64,000 bases of DNA from Gammaproteobacteria bacterium (GTDB lineage: Bacteria; Pseudomonadota; Gammaproteobacteria; Steroidobacterales; Rariloculaceae), in assembly GCA_035644475.1 (NCBI GenBank), contig DASQOL010000004.1, forward strand, positions 1,288 to 65,287. The letters run 5' to 3'. A program made the translations under genes and the position numbers. Position 1 is the first letter of the stretch, and each line of letters starts with the position of its first letter. Below, in pieces: positions 53,583 to 62,121 of the stretch. A model generated the notes under the pieces. That model saw only the letters and a program-made list of their open reading frames with translations. It searched no databases and was not told the DNA's origin.

Positions 53583-53993
53583 ATGACCGCCAAGTCTGCC
53601 GCCGCCCTGTTGCTGCTGCTCTGCGCCGGCACGGCCGCCGCGCATCACTCGTTCTCCGCGGAGTACGACCCCGACAAGCGCATCCAGCTCAAGGGCAAGG
53701 TCACCGAAGTGAAGTTCTCGAACCCGCACGCGTGGATTTACATCGACGTCGAAGGGCCCGACGGCAAGGTTGCGAACTGGGCGCTCGAGATGACGGGTGC
53801 GAACGGGCTGATCCGTCGCGGTTGGCGGCGCGAGGACCTGCCCGCCGGCACGGTGCTCGTCGTCGACGGCTGGCAGGCGCGCAACGGCAGCACGACCGCG
53901 AACATCACGACGGTCACGTTCCAGGACGGGCGCACGCTGTTCGCCGGCTCGTCGAACCCCACGGCGCCCCAAGGCGCCGCCCCGGCGAAATAG
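53583..53993 (+). CDS. Small exported protein, DUF6152-like (mature N-terminus predicted HHSF...)
   Basis: Signal MTAKSAAALLLLLCAGTAAA, then HHSFSAEYD...LKGKVTEVKFSNPHAWIYIDV...WALEM...L.RRGW. The family is recalled from memory. It starts 5 nt after the upstream stop. Confidence 0.65.
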   Translation: MTAKSAAALLLLLCAGTAAAHHSFSAEYDPDKRIQLKGKVTEVKFSNPHAWIYIDVEGPDGKVANWALEMTGANGLIRRGWRREDLPAGTVLVVDGWQARNGSTTANITTVTFQDGRTLFAGSSNPTAPQGAAPAK

Positions 53994-54974
53994 CTACCGC
54001 GGTTCCCAGCGCTCGGTGTACTGCGCGAGCAACGCGCGGTCGCCGCGCTCGGCGAGCGCAGCCTTCAAGCGCGCCGCCAACTTGGCGTTGTGCTTGTAGA
54101 GCGCGAGCGCCTCGAGAATGTCGGTGGCCGTGGCGAAGTCGCGCTCCGCGATGAGCGCAATGAGCCAGTCGAAGGCGGCCTCGGTGCGCAGCATCGCGGC
54201 AGCGCGGAGCAGCGCGCGGCGCAAGCTCGAAGACACCAGCACGTCGTCCCACGCTTTCCGGAGCAGCGGCAGCACGGCCTCGAGCCTCGACTCGCCGAGC
54301 GCAAGCGCGGCGTGCTCGCGGAGCGCGTCCTCGCCCTCCTCGAGGTAGCGGGCGACGAACGCCAGCGATTCGTCGGGCTCGACGCCCAACAACCCCGAGA
54401 AGCACTCCCCAACCACCGCGGGCTCGGCGTCTCCGCCGACGACCTTCGCGCGCAGCAGCAACTCGGCCTCGCGCGGATTGCCGCAGGCGATCGCGCGCAC
54501 GGCGCCGAGGCGCGACTCCGCCTCCGCGTCGTAGAGCAGCGGCGCGACTTCGACGAGCGCGCGCGAGTAGCCGCTCGCGACGAGCCCCATCGCGCAAATC
54601 GACCGGAGCTCCGCCGCCGTGTCGGCGGTTCCGCCCCACACCGGCTCGGGCTGGCGGTAGCTGAGCGCCGCGACGAAGAAGTCCACGTCCGCGAAGTCGA
54701 GCTCGACGAGCGCGCGCGCGATCGCCTTCTTGCCGATGCAATTCGGATCGGTCTTGAGGGGCTTGTCGAGCAGCCGTCGGTAGGCGGCCGCGAGCGCCGC
54801 GCGCAGGTCGTACTGGAGCGCGCCGGCCGCGATCTTCGCGGCCTTCGCCACGACGCTGAAGTGCCGGTCGGCGAGCGCGGTTTCGAGGCGCGCACGCATG
54901 GCGGCCGAATCCTTCTCGGCCATGAGGCCGTCGAGATCGGCGAGCTTCTCTTCGGGCGTCTTGCGCGGCGTCAC
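53994..54974 (-). CDS. HEAT/ARM-like helical repeat protein, unknown function
   Basis: All-helical, Ala/Leu-rich repeats of about 35-40 aa. The start is uncertain: I chose the GTG at 54974, and the track start at 55142 is Arg-rich and overlaps the divergent PilZ gene. Confidence 0.5.
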   Translation of the reverse strand: MTPRKTPEEKLADLDGLMAEKDSAAMRARLETALADRHFSVVAKAAKIAAGALQYDLRAALAAAYRRLLDKPLKTDPNCIGKKAIARALVELDFADVDFFVAALSYRQPEPVWGGTADTAAELRSICAMGLVASGYSRALVEVAPLLYDAEAESRLGAVRAIACGNPREAELLLRAKVVGGDAEPAVVGECFSGLLGVEPDESLAFVARYLEEGEDALREHAALALGESRLEAVLPLLRKAWDDVLVSSSLRRALLRAAAMLRTEAAFDWLIALIAERDFATATDILEALALYKHNAKLAARLKAALAERGDRALLAQYTERWEPR

Positions 54975-55074
54975 GGAGCGCCGATCATACACGGCTCGCG
55001 GCCCGCTCCGCGTGGCCGCGTTGTGACGGCATCGACTTGCCCCACCGGCAATCTCGGCATACCGTTTGGCGAGC

Positions 55075-55584
55075 ATGAGCGGTGACGACGACGATCGGAG
55101 GCGCGCGCGCGCGCCCGAAGCGGACGACGCGCACGCGCGCACGGGGCTCTACGGCGCGTCGTACTGTATTTTCTGCGGCGCTTTGCACGGCCTGCAGCGG
55201 GCGCTCGACGTGGACGACGAGTGCACGCGTTGCGGGAGCCCGCTGTTTCCGGCGGTTCGCCAGAGGCTCGATCCCTCCGGCCAACGGATGCTCGAACGCA
55301 TGCCGAAACGCAGCAAGGTAGTGCTGTACGTCGGCTGGCCGCAGAACGAGCCTTTTCACGCGGAGATGCGCGACCTCTCGCTCAACGGCATGCGCCTGGC
55401 GACCGCTAGCGTGGTGCCCGTCGACCAGGTAGTGAAGATCGACAGCGAGATCTGCAGCGCCGTGGCACGCGTGGCGCACTGCGAGCGTGACGCGGGCTCG
55501 ACCGAGCGCTGGACGATCGGCGTGGAGTTCCTGACGCTGCGTTTCCGCAAGCGCAGCGGCGCATTCGTATCCGCGCGCGCCTGA
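55075..55584 (+). CDS. PilZ-domain protein with N-terminal CxxC...CxxC zinc-ribbon-like element
   Basis: CIFCG...CTRCG, followed by RR/KR...DLSLNGMRL...VEF, typical of PilZ (RxxxR...D/NxSxxG). Confidence 0.7.
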   Translation: MSGDDDDRRRARAPEADDAHARTGLYGASYCIFCGALHGLQRALDVDDECTRCGSPLFPAVRQRLDPSGQRMLERMPKRSKVVLYVGWPQNEPFHAEMRDLSLNGMRLATASVVPVDQVVKIDSEICSAVARVAHCERDAGSTERWTIGVEFLTLRFRKRSGAFVSARA

Positions 55585-55585
55585 G

Positions 55586-56716
55586 CTACGCCGCGTCGTC
55601 CTCGGCGCGTTTCACGAACCGCTCCCACATCCGCTCGAACTTCGGTCCGAGTCCGCCGGCCGCGACGAGCGACGCAAGGCCCGTGTCGGCGTCGATCAAG
55701 CCGTTCGCCTCCAGCACCGACAGCGCACCGGCCACGAGACCGAACTTGACGGACCGTCCGAGCGCGGACGCCGGCAGCGCCGGCTTGCCGCGGCGTTGGT
55801 CCTCGAGCGCTTCGAGAAGTCGCGAGCTCAGCTCCCAACTCGCGGCGATGCGCAGGGCGACGTCGGCCGTGTGCTCGTCGAGCAGCGCAGCGATCGCGGT
55901 GGCGTCGGGCCTGAGCGATCCCTGCGCGTAGCGATCGGCCGCGACGCGAAACACGACGATCGCGGCGAGACCCGTGACGAGCGCGAGCAGCTGCGCGCCA
56001 AACGGATCCGTGCTCTCCACGGCCTGAGCATGGATCTCGGCCCCGGCCGCGGCGCGATACGTGTACTCCCAGACCACCTCGGGAAACTTGCCCGTTTGCG
56101 CCCCGCCGGGGCGGAACACCGGCTGCACGAGCGCGACCGCGATCAGCGAGCGGATGCCTTGGGTGCCCATCACGGTGACGGCGCGCTCCACGCTTTCGAC
56201 GGGTTGCGCGGTGCGACGGTACACCGAGCTGTTCGCGAGCCGCAGGAGACCGCCGACGAGCGCCGGATCGCGCGCGATCATCCTCGCGAGCTCGCCGCGC
56301 GAGGTGTCGCTGTCGCCGACGGCGTTCAAGAGTTGCGGCAAGAGCAGCGGACGCCGCGGTGCGTAGCGCGGGTCGGTGGCCGCCGTTTGCAGCGCCTCGG
56401 CCACGCGCTCGGCGATCTCCGCGTGCTCGGCGGCGACCTTCGGCTCGAGCGGCGCGCCGAGCGCGAGCTCGTGGAGCTTGCGGAAGACTTCGGCGCGCTC
56501 GAGCGCCTTGCTGGGCGGCGCGACCGGGGCGAGGGGCGCGGCGGGGGTGTCGCCTCGCGCGTCGTCGTCGCCGGCCGCGTCCGCGTCATCGCTCGCATCG
56601 TCGGCGTCGGCGCGCGGCGTGCGCCGCAGCAGCGATAGGATCACCACGGCCAGCGCCGCGACGACCACGAGGAACAGAAGGCCCCTGAGCAAGAGCACGC
56701 GGGCTATATACAACAT
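55586..56716 (-). CDS. HDOD-domain protein with N-terminal TM and acidic linker
   Basis: TM (LLLRGLLFLVVVAALAVVILSLL), an Asp-rich linker, then the HDOD pattern LP.LL.AV.D.D.S..ELARMIARDPALVGGLLRLANSS.Y......V.SVERAV.VMG. Confidence 0.8.
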   Translation of the reverse strand: MLYIARVLLLRGLLFLVVVAALAVVILSLLRRTPRADADDASDDADAAGDDDARGDTPAAPLAPVAPPSKALERAEVFRKLHELALGAPLEPKVAAEHAEIAERVAEALQTAATDPRYAPRRPLLLPQLLNAVGDSDTSRGELARMIARDPALVGGLLRLANSSVYRRTAQPVESVERAVTVMGTQGIRSLIAVALVQPVFRPGGAQTGKFPEVVWEYTYRAAAGAEIHAQAVESTDPFGAQLLALVTGLAAIVVFRVAADRYAQGSLRPDATAIAALLDEHTADVALRIAASWELSSRLLEALEDQRRGKPALPASALGRSVKFGLVAGALSVLEANGLIDADTGLASLVAAGGLGPKFERMWERFVKRAEDDAA

Positions 56717-56748
56717 CGGGGCGCTTCGTGCCACGATCGCGGGTTGGA

Positions 56749-56941
56749 GTCGTGTCTCACTTTGGCCTTTGGCACCGAGATCGCGGCGGCCGCACCTCGA
56801 AGGGGTCTTCCCGAGACACGCCGGAAGATCGTCCCTGAGGCTCCGCGCGGCACATCCCTGTGCCGCGAGGGTCTCGGGAAGACCCCTTCGAGGTACGACC
56901 GCCGCGGTCACGCGCATCGTGGGGCCAAAGTGAGACACGAC
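56749..56941. repeat. MITE-like 193-bp element with 19-bp perfect terminal inverted repeats
   Basis: The terminal inverted repeats are GTCGTGTCTCACTTTGGCC (56749-56767) and GGCCAAAGTGAGACACGAC (56923-56941). There are further internal inverted blocks (ACCTCGAAGGGGTCTTCCCGAGAC / GTCTCGGGAAGACCCCTTCGAGGT). It has no convincing ORF and is intergenic. Confidence 0.6.
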
Positions 56942-56967
56942 GCCTTTTTTAATTGGGGGGGACTCGC

Positions 56968-58440
56968 ATGCGACTACCGGCACGGCTCCTGTTCTGCGCG
57001 TTTGGCATCGCGGTCGCGAATGGTTGCGGGGCGCAGGCGGCGCGTGGGCTGCTCGAGCAGGCGGCCGAGGCGATGGGCGGGCTCGAACGGCTGCGGGGCC
57101 TCGACAACGTCGTGCTGACGGGCTTCGGCGTGTACCTGAGCCAGCAAGGCGGGGGCAATTTGTCGCCCGACGCGCATGCCCCTTCGAAGTGGCAGGAAGG
57201 GAACGCGGCGCGACGCGTCTTCGATCTCAAGGGCAAGCGGGCGCTCTATCAGGATCGGCGCATCTCGATGTTTCCGTTCGCTGCCGCCTCCGGCAACCGC
57301 TGGAGCGAGACGCTGCAAGTGCAAACCGGCGTCCAGGCGCTCGACCATCCGCTCACGGCGCTGCTCGCGGCGCTCGAACCGGGCGCGCGGCTCGGGCCCG
57401 TGCGCACCGAGAACGACCTCGCCGTCGTCGAGCTCACCGTAGCCGACGGCGCGATGCTCTGGATCGCGCTCGACGCGCGCGCCCACCTGCCCGCGTGGGT
57501 CCGCTGGGTCAACGGCAGCGCGACACTAGGCGACGTCACGAGCACGGCGTACTTCACGGGTTACCTGCCGTTCGACGGCGTCGAGCTGCCGACCGGCTTC
57601 AAGACCATGATCGATTGGCGCGATACGACCACGTCGGAGTTCCAGGTCGACTCGTATCGATTGAATGTGCGCGACCTCGAGCCGTTCCCCGCCACGATCA
57701 CCAACTCGCCGCCCGGCGCGACGGCCCTCGCGGTGAAACCGGTGGCGAAGGGCGTGTGGGACGTACGTTATGGCGGCAACGCCGGCGCCGTCGTCGAGTT
57801 CGCCGATCACCTCACGATGTTCGAAGCGTACGGCAGCGAGCTCGCAACGTTCGCGCGGCTCGACGCCGCCAACAAGCTCGTCAAGGGCAAACAGGTGACC
57901 GAGGTCATCGTCTCGCACCATCACTTCGACCACAGCGGCGGCCTGCGCGCCGCGGTGTCGCGCGGCCTCACGATCATCTCGCGGCGCGCGAACGAGGGGA
58001 TCTTCCGCGAGATGGTCGCGCGGCCCGCGCCGAACTTCCCCGACGCGCTCGCGCGCAATCCGCAGCCGATGAAGTTCGTGCCCGTCGACGAGCATCTCGT
58101 GCTCGAGGATAAGACGATGCGCGTCGACGTCTATCACGCGGTGGGCCACCTGCACATGGCCGACGCGGTGTTCGCCTACGTGCCGTCGGTGCGCGTGCTC
58201 ATGGAGGGCGACTTCACGACGTTCGACTGGGATTACAACTGGTGGGGCGGCGCCTACCTCGACAACGTGGCGCGCTACAAGCTCGACCCGGCGATCAACG
58301 TGCCGGTGCACGGCAAGGTCACGACCTTCGCGGAGACGACGGCGGACATCGAGCGGCAAGTCGCGAACGCGCGCAAGTTCTGCACCGACAACGCGGCGGC
58401 CGCCATCTTCACCGCCGGCTGCCCCGTCCCCGGAAAATAG
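56968..58440 (+). CDS. MBL-fold metallo-hydrolase lipoprotein
   Basis: Signal/lipobox FGIAVANGC. HxHxDH motif VIVSHHHFDHSGG. ATG at 56968 after a G-rich RBS. The stop TAG lies inside the downstream repeat arm. Confidence 0.8.
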   Translation: MRLPARLLFCAFGIAVANGCGAQAARGLLEQAAEAMGGLERLRGLDNVVLTGFGVYLSQQGGGNLSPDAHAPSKWQEGNAARRVFDLKGKRALYQDRRISMFPFAAASGNRWSETLQVQTGVQALDHPLTALLAALEPGARLGPVRTENDLAVVELTVADGAMLWIALDARAHLPAWVRWVNGSATLGDVTSTAYFTGYLPFDGVELPTGFKTMIDWRDTTTSEFQVDSYRLNVRDLEPFPATITNSPPGATALAVKPVAKGVWDVRYGGNAGAVVEFADHLTMFEAYGSELATFARLDAANKLVKGKQVTEVIVSHHHFDHSGGLRAAVSRGLTIISRRANEGIFREMVARPAPNFPDALARNPQPMKFVPVDEHLVLEDKTMRVDVYHAVGHLHMADAVFAYVPSVRVLMEGDFTTFDWDYNWWGGAYLDNVARYKLDPAINVPVHGKVTTFAETTADIERQVANARKFCTDNAAAAIFTAGCPVPGK

Positions 58441-58517
58441 GGACATGTTGGATTTTCGACGGCGCGCCCGACGACCCTACGCCGGGTCGCCGAAAATCCA
58501 ACATGTCCCTATTTTCC
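58432..58517. repeat. AT-armed hairpin repeat, full copy
   Basis: Sequence is GGAAAATAGGGACATGTTGGATTTTCG, a GC-rich core, then CGAAAATCCAACATGTCCCTATTTTCC. The arms contain the TAG of the + gene (58438-58440) and the stop of the - gene (58509-58511). Confidence 0.85.
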
Positions 58518-60260
58518 GAGAGCGGCGCGGCGGGCGGCTTCGAACTCGTTGCCGGCATTCCAAACAGGCAATTCCGTCTCGTTCGCGACGATCAGGCCGG
58601 CGTAAAAGCCGAATTGCGCGTCCTGCACCATGCCGTCGAAATTCCATTCGGCGGTGAGCTCGTCGCTCGGCTGGTGATAGTTGCGCTCGGTATAGGCGTT
58701 GACTTGCTCAACGCCCCACTCGGGCGGCCGCCCGACGAAGTCCGTGCCGCCGCTGAAGTAGAACGCCGGCACGCCGATCTTGGCGAAGTTGAACTGGTCG
58801 GAGCGATAGTACGAGCCGCGATCGGGAAACTGATCGGCCTTGAGCGCGCGCTGCTGGAACGCGGCGACCTCGGTCGCGATCGCGTCCAAGCTCGACTTGC
58901 CGAGCCCGATGAAGGTGATGTCGCGCGTCGCGCCCCAGATGTTGCCGCTGTCGTAGTTCACGTTCGCCGCGATCTTGCCCGGGGGAACGGTGGGGTGCGC
59001 GGCGAAGTACTGCGAGCCGAGTAGGCCCTGCTCTTCCGCGGCGGGGAACAGTAGCGCGATCGAGCGGCGCGGCCGTTCCGGCAACGCGGCGAACGCCTTG
59101 CCGATCGCGAGCAGCATGCCGACCCCGCTCGCATTGTCGCGCGCCCCGTTGTAGATCTTGTCGTTCGGGTCGCCGTTCAAATTCGGCGCGCCGACGCCTA
59201 GATGATCGTGATGCGCGCTGTAGATCACGACCTCGTCGGCGGCCGTGGCGTCGCTGCCTCGCAGAACGCCGAGCACGTTCGCGGATTGCGTGCGCGTCAC
59301 GCTGTTGCGCAGCGTGAGCGACGTGGTGATGCCGAGCGGCACGGGCACGAAGTCGCGGCGGCTCGCTTGCTTTACGAGGCCGTCGAGATTGCCCGCGGGC
59401 CCGAGCAGGCGCCGCGCCGCGTCCTCCGTGATCCAGGCTTCGATTTGGACGCGGGGCTCGTCTCCCGCCGGCAAGTGGAACTGCGCGCCGCCCCACGACG
59501 CCTGCACGACCTGCCACGGATATCCCGCGGACGGCGTCGTGTGGACGATGATCGCACCGGCCGCCCCGTGCCGGGCCGCGCTCTCATATTTATAGGTCCA
59601 GCGCCCGTAATAGAGACGCTCGGTGCCCGCGAACAGCGCCGGATCCCAGTCGGGATCGTTGTTGAGCATCACGAGCACCTTGCCGGCGACGTCGACGCCC
59701 TTGAAGTCGTCCCAGCCGTACTCGGGCGCCTCGATGCCGTAGCCGACGAACACGAGCTCGGCACTTGCGATCTCGGTGCGGGGCGTCTGCACGCCGCTCG
59801 CGGCGATGTAGTCGGCGTTGCGCTTGAGGTCCACGTGCTCGCCCTCGCGGACGAAACGCCACATCGTGGGCGGCGTCGACGTCACGCCCACGAGCTCGAC
59901 CGGCTGCTCGTAGCTGCCGTTCGCCGCGCCCGGCTCGAAGCCGAGCGCCTTGAGCTCGCCCGCGAGGTATGCGCGTGCGCGTTTGTCGCCCGGCGTACCC
60001 GGCGCGCGGCCCGCGTAGCGGTCGTCGGCGATCTCGGCGACGACGCGTCGAATGTCCTCACCCGTGATCGCGCCGGCGGCCTCTTGCGCGGAGCGCGCAA
60101 TCCGCAACGGCGCGACGGGCGCCGGCGGCGAAGCCGCGGCCGGCGCAGCCGCCGGCTCGGTCGCGGGCGCGGGCGGCGGACCGAGCTCCTGCGGCTGCTC
60201 GCGCTCGCAACCGCCGAGCAGCGGCAGCAAGAGGAGCAGCAACGGGAGCGCGAGCCGCAT
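58509..60260 (-). CDS. M28-family aminopeptidase with PA domain (lipoprotein)
   Basis: Lipobox LLGGC. Sequence VVIYSAHHDHLG...NGARDNASGVGMLLAI...FPAAEEQGLLGS shows the M28 zinc-ligand motifs. Confidence 0.85.
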   Translation of the reverse strand: MRLALPLLLLLLPLLGGCEREQPQELGPPPAPATEPAAAPAAASPPAPVAPLRIARSAQEAAGAITGEDIRRVVAEIADDRYAGRAPGTPGDKRARAYLAGELKALGFEPGAANGSYEQPVELVGVTSTPPTMWRFVREGEHVDLKRNADYIAASGVQTPRTEIASAELVFVGYGIEAPEYGWDDFKGVDVAGKVLVMLNNDPDWDPALFAGTERLYYGRWTYKYESAARHGAAGAIIVHTTPSAGYPWQVVQASWGGAQFHLPAGDEPRVQIEAWITEDAARRLLGPAGNLDGLVKQASRRDFVPVPLGITTSLTLRNSVTRTQSANVLGVLRGSDATAADEVVIYSAHHDHLGVGAPNLNGDPNDKIYNGARDNASGVGMLLAIGKAFAALPERPRRSIALLFPAAEEQGLLGSQYFAAHPTVPPGKIAANVNYDSGNIWGATRDITFIGLGKSSLDAIATEVAAFQQRALKADQFPDRGSYYRSDQFNFAKIGVPAFYFSGGTDFVGRPPEWGVEQVNAYTERNYHQPSDELTAEWNFDGMVQDAQFGFYAGLIVANETELPVWNAGNEFEAARRAALGK

Positions 60261-60279
60261 CGAAAGCGGCGCCGCGCGT

Positions 60280-60741
60280 TCAGCCGACCACATGCAGACT
60301 CAACCACTCCGCGACGAGCGCGGGCTTCTCTTCGTTCTCGATCTCGATCGTGACGTCGACCTTCACGATCACGTTGCCCGGCTTGCGCTCCTCGACGCCC
60401 AACAGTTTGACCCGCGCGCGGATCCGCTTGCCGACCTTCACCGGCGCGGAGAAGCGGACCTTGTCGAAACCGTAGTTCACGACGAGCTTCGTGTCGGCGA
60501 GCTTCGGGATGAAGATCAGGCAGAGGTGCACGATCATCGACAGCGTCAAGAGTCCGTGCGCAATCGTGCCGCCGAACGGCGTGGCGCGCGCGCGCTCGGG
60601 GTCGACGTGCAGGAACTGGTGGTCGAGCGTGACGTCGGCGAAGTCGTTGACGCGCGTTTGCTCGATCAGAAACCAGTCCGACACGCCAAGGGGCTCGCCG
60701 ACCTGTTTCTCTAGCTCCTGCCGTGTGACCGTCCCTGCCAT
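60280..60741 (-). CDS. MaoC-like (R)-hydratase/dehydratase
   Basis: Sequence DFADVTLDHQFLHVDPERA......GGTIAHG.LTLS is the hot-dog fold hydratase motif. ATG at 60741. Confidence 0.85.
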   Translation of the reverse strand: MAGTVTRQELEKQVGEPLGVSDWFLIEQTRVNDFADVTLDHQFLHVDPERARATPFGGTIAHGLLTLSMIVHLCLIFIPKLADTKLVVNYGFDKVRFSAPVKVGKRIRARVKLLGVEERKPGNVIVKVDVTIEIENEEKPALVAEWLSLHVVG

Positions 60742-60869
60742 GGCAGGATTGTGGTCGCTGCGCCGCACGGCGTAAAGCCCGTGTGACCTACGTCGCAAAC
60801 CACCCCGCACGCACTTGCGCTTCCAGCGCATTGGTGCATTATTGTACTAATTCACACTGAGGCGCGGCT

Positions 60870-61280
60870 TTGTTCATCCTCAAACCGCATTCCGGCGTGC
60901 CGATCTACCGGCAACTGCTCGACCAGATCCGGCGCATGGCCGCGAGCGGCCAGCTCGCGCCCGGCATGGAGCTGCCGTCGATCCGCGACCTCGCGCTCAA
61001 GCACGCGATCAATCCGATGACCGTGTCGAAGGTATACAGCCTGCTCGAGACCGAGGGCGTGCTCGAGCGCAACCGCGGCAAGCCGATGACGATCGCGAGC
61101 GCGCCGCGCGCGCAGTCAGCGTCCACGAAGCGCGCGCAGCACTTGGAGGCGCATCTCGAGCAGCTGGTGCTTGCCGCGCGCCAGCTCGAGCTTGGCGAAG
61201 CCGAGCTCGTCAAAGCCTTGCGAGATCACTGGGAGAAAACCGATGACCGGTCCATACGTCGCCGCACAGCGGCTCGGTAA
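60870..61280 (+). CDS. GntR-family (YtrA-subfamily-like, short) transcriptional regulator
   Basis: Sequence PIYRQLLDQIRRMAASGQLAPGMELPSIRDLALKHAINPMTVSKVYSLLETEGVLE is a GntR winged-HTH with a short helical C-terminus. TTG start. The 3' end overlaps the next gene by 38 nt. Confidence 0.8.
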   Translation: MFILKPHSGVPIYRQLLDQIRRMAASGQLAPGMELPSIRDLALKHAINPMTVSKVYSLLETEGVLERNRGKPMTIASAPRAQSASTKRAQHLEAHLEQLVLAARQLELGEAELVKALRDHWEKTDDRSIRRRTAAR

Positions 61281-62121
61281 GTCGTTCGGCGCGAAGCGCG
61301 TGCTCGAAGACGTGTCGCTCGAGGTCGAGCCCGGCGACGTCGTCGGCGTGCTCGGCAAGAACGGCGCCGGCAAGACCACGCTGCTCGAGCTCATCCTCGG
61401 CTTCACGCCCGCCAGCGAAGGCAGCGTGCGGCTATTCGGGCACGACAGCTACCGCCTGCCGGGCACGGCCAAGGCGCGCGTCGGCTTCGTGCCCCAGCAG
61501 GACGAGCTCATCAACCAGCTCACTGCCACCGATCAGATCGGCGTGATCGCGTCGTTCTATCCGAGCTGGGACGACGCGCTGATCGAGCGCTTGTGCAAAG
61601 CCTGGGAGATCGACACGCGCGAGCGCATCAAGGGAATGTCGGTGGGCCAGCGGCAGAAGCTCTCGATCATCCTCGCGCTCGGTCACCGGCCCGACCTCCT
61701 GATCCTCGACGAGCCTGTCGCGAGCCTAGACCCGCTCGCACGCCGGCAGTTCCTCGAGCAGATCGTCGAGGTCGCGGCCGACGGCCGACGCGCGGTGGTG
61801 CTCTCGTCGCACATCGTGTCCGACATCGAGCGGCTCGCGAACAAGATCTGGATCGTGAAGGACGGGCGGCTATGGTGGCGCGGCGACTTCGACCTGCTCA
61901 AGGAGTCGATCGTGCGGCTGCACGTGCGCGCGGCGCGGCCGCTGCCCGAGGCGTTCGCAATCCCGAACGCGTTGTCGCTCGAGCGCAATGGCACCACCGC
62001 CACCGCCGTGGTGCGCGACTGGACCGACGAGCTGCACCGCGACGTGCGGTCGCGGCTCGACGCGCAGCTCGAGGTCGAGAGCCTCGCGCTCGAGGACATC
62101 TTCCTGGAGCTGCACCGGTGA
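61243..62121 (+). CDS. ABC transporter ATP-binding protein
   Basis: Walker A GKNGAGKTT, Q-loop, signature MSVGQRQK (LSGGQ-like), Walker B LLILDEP, and H-loop SSH. Confidence 0.9.
   Translation: MTGPYVAAQRLGKSFGAKRVLEDVSLEVEPGDVVGVLGKNGAGKTTLLELILGFTPASEGSVRLFGHDSYRLPGTAKARVGFVPQQDELINQLTATDQIGVIASFYPSWDDALIERLCKAWEIDTRERIKGMSVGQRQKLSIILALGHRPDLLILDEPVASLDPLARRQFLEQIVEVAADGRRAVVLSSHIVSDIERLANKIWIVKDGRLWWRGDFDLLKESIVRLHVRAARPLPEAFAIPNALSLERNGTTATAVVRDWTDELHRDVRSRLDAQLEVESLALEDIFLELHR

Noticed and set aside
55066-55142. Apparent overlap of the HEAT-like ORF (track start 55142) with the divergent PilZ gene start.
   Set aside because: The HEAT-like ORF's first about 55 codons are Arg/Ser-rich and non-helical, unlike the rest of the protein. 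A start at GTG 54974 (or ATG 54922) removes the overlap and leaves a normal divergent promoter region.
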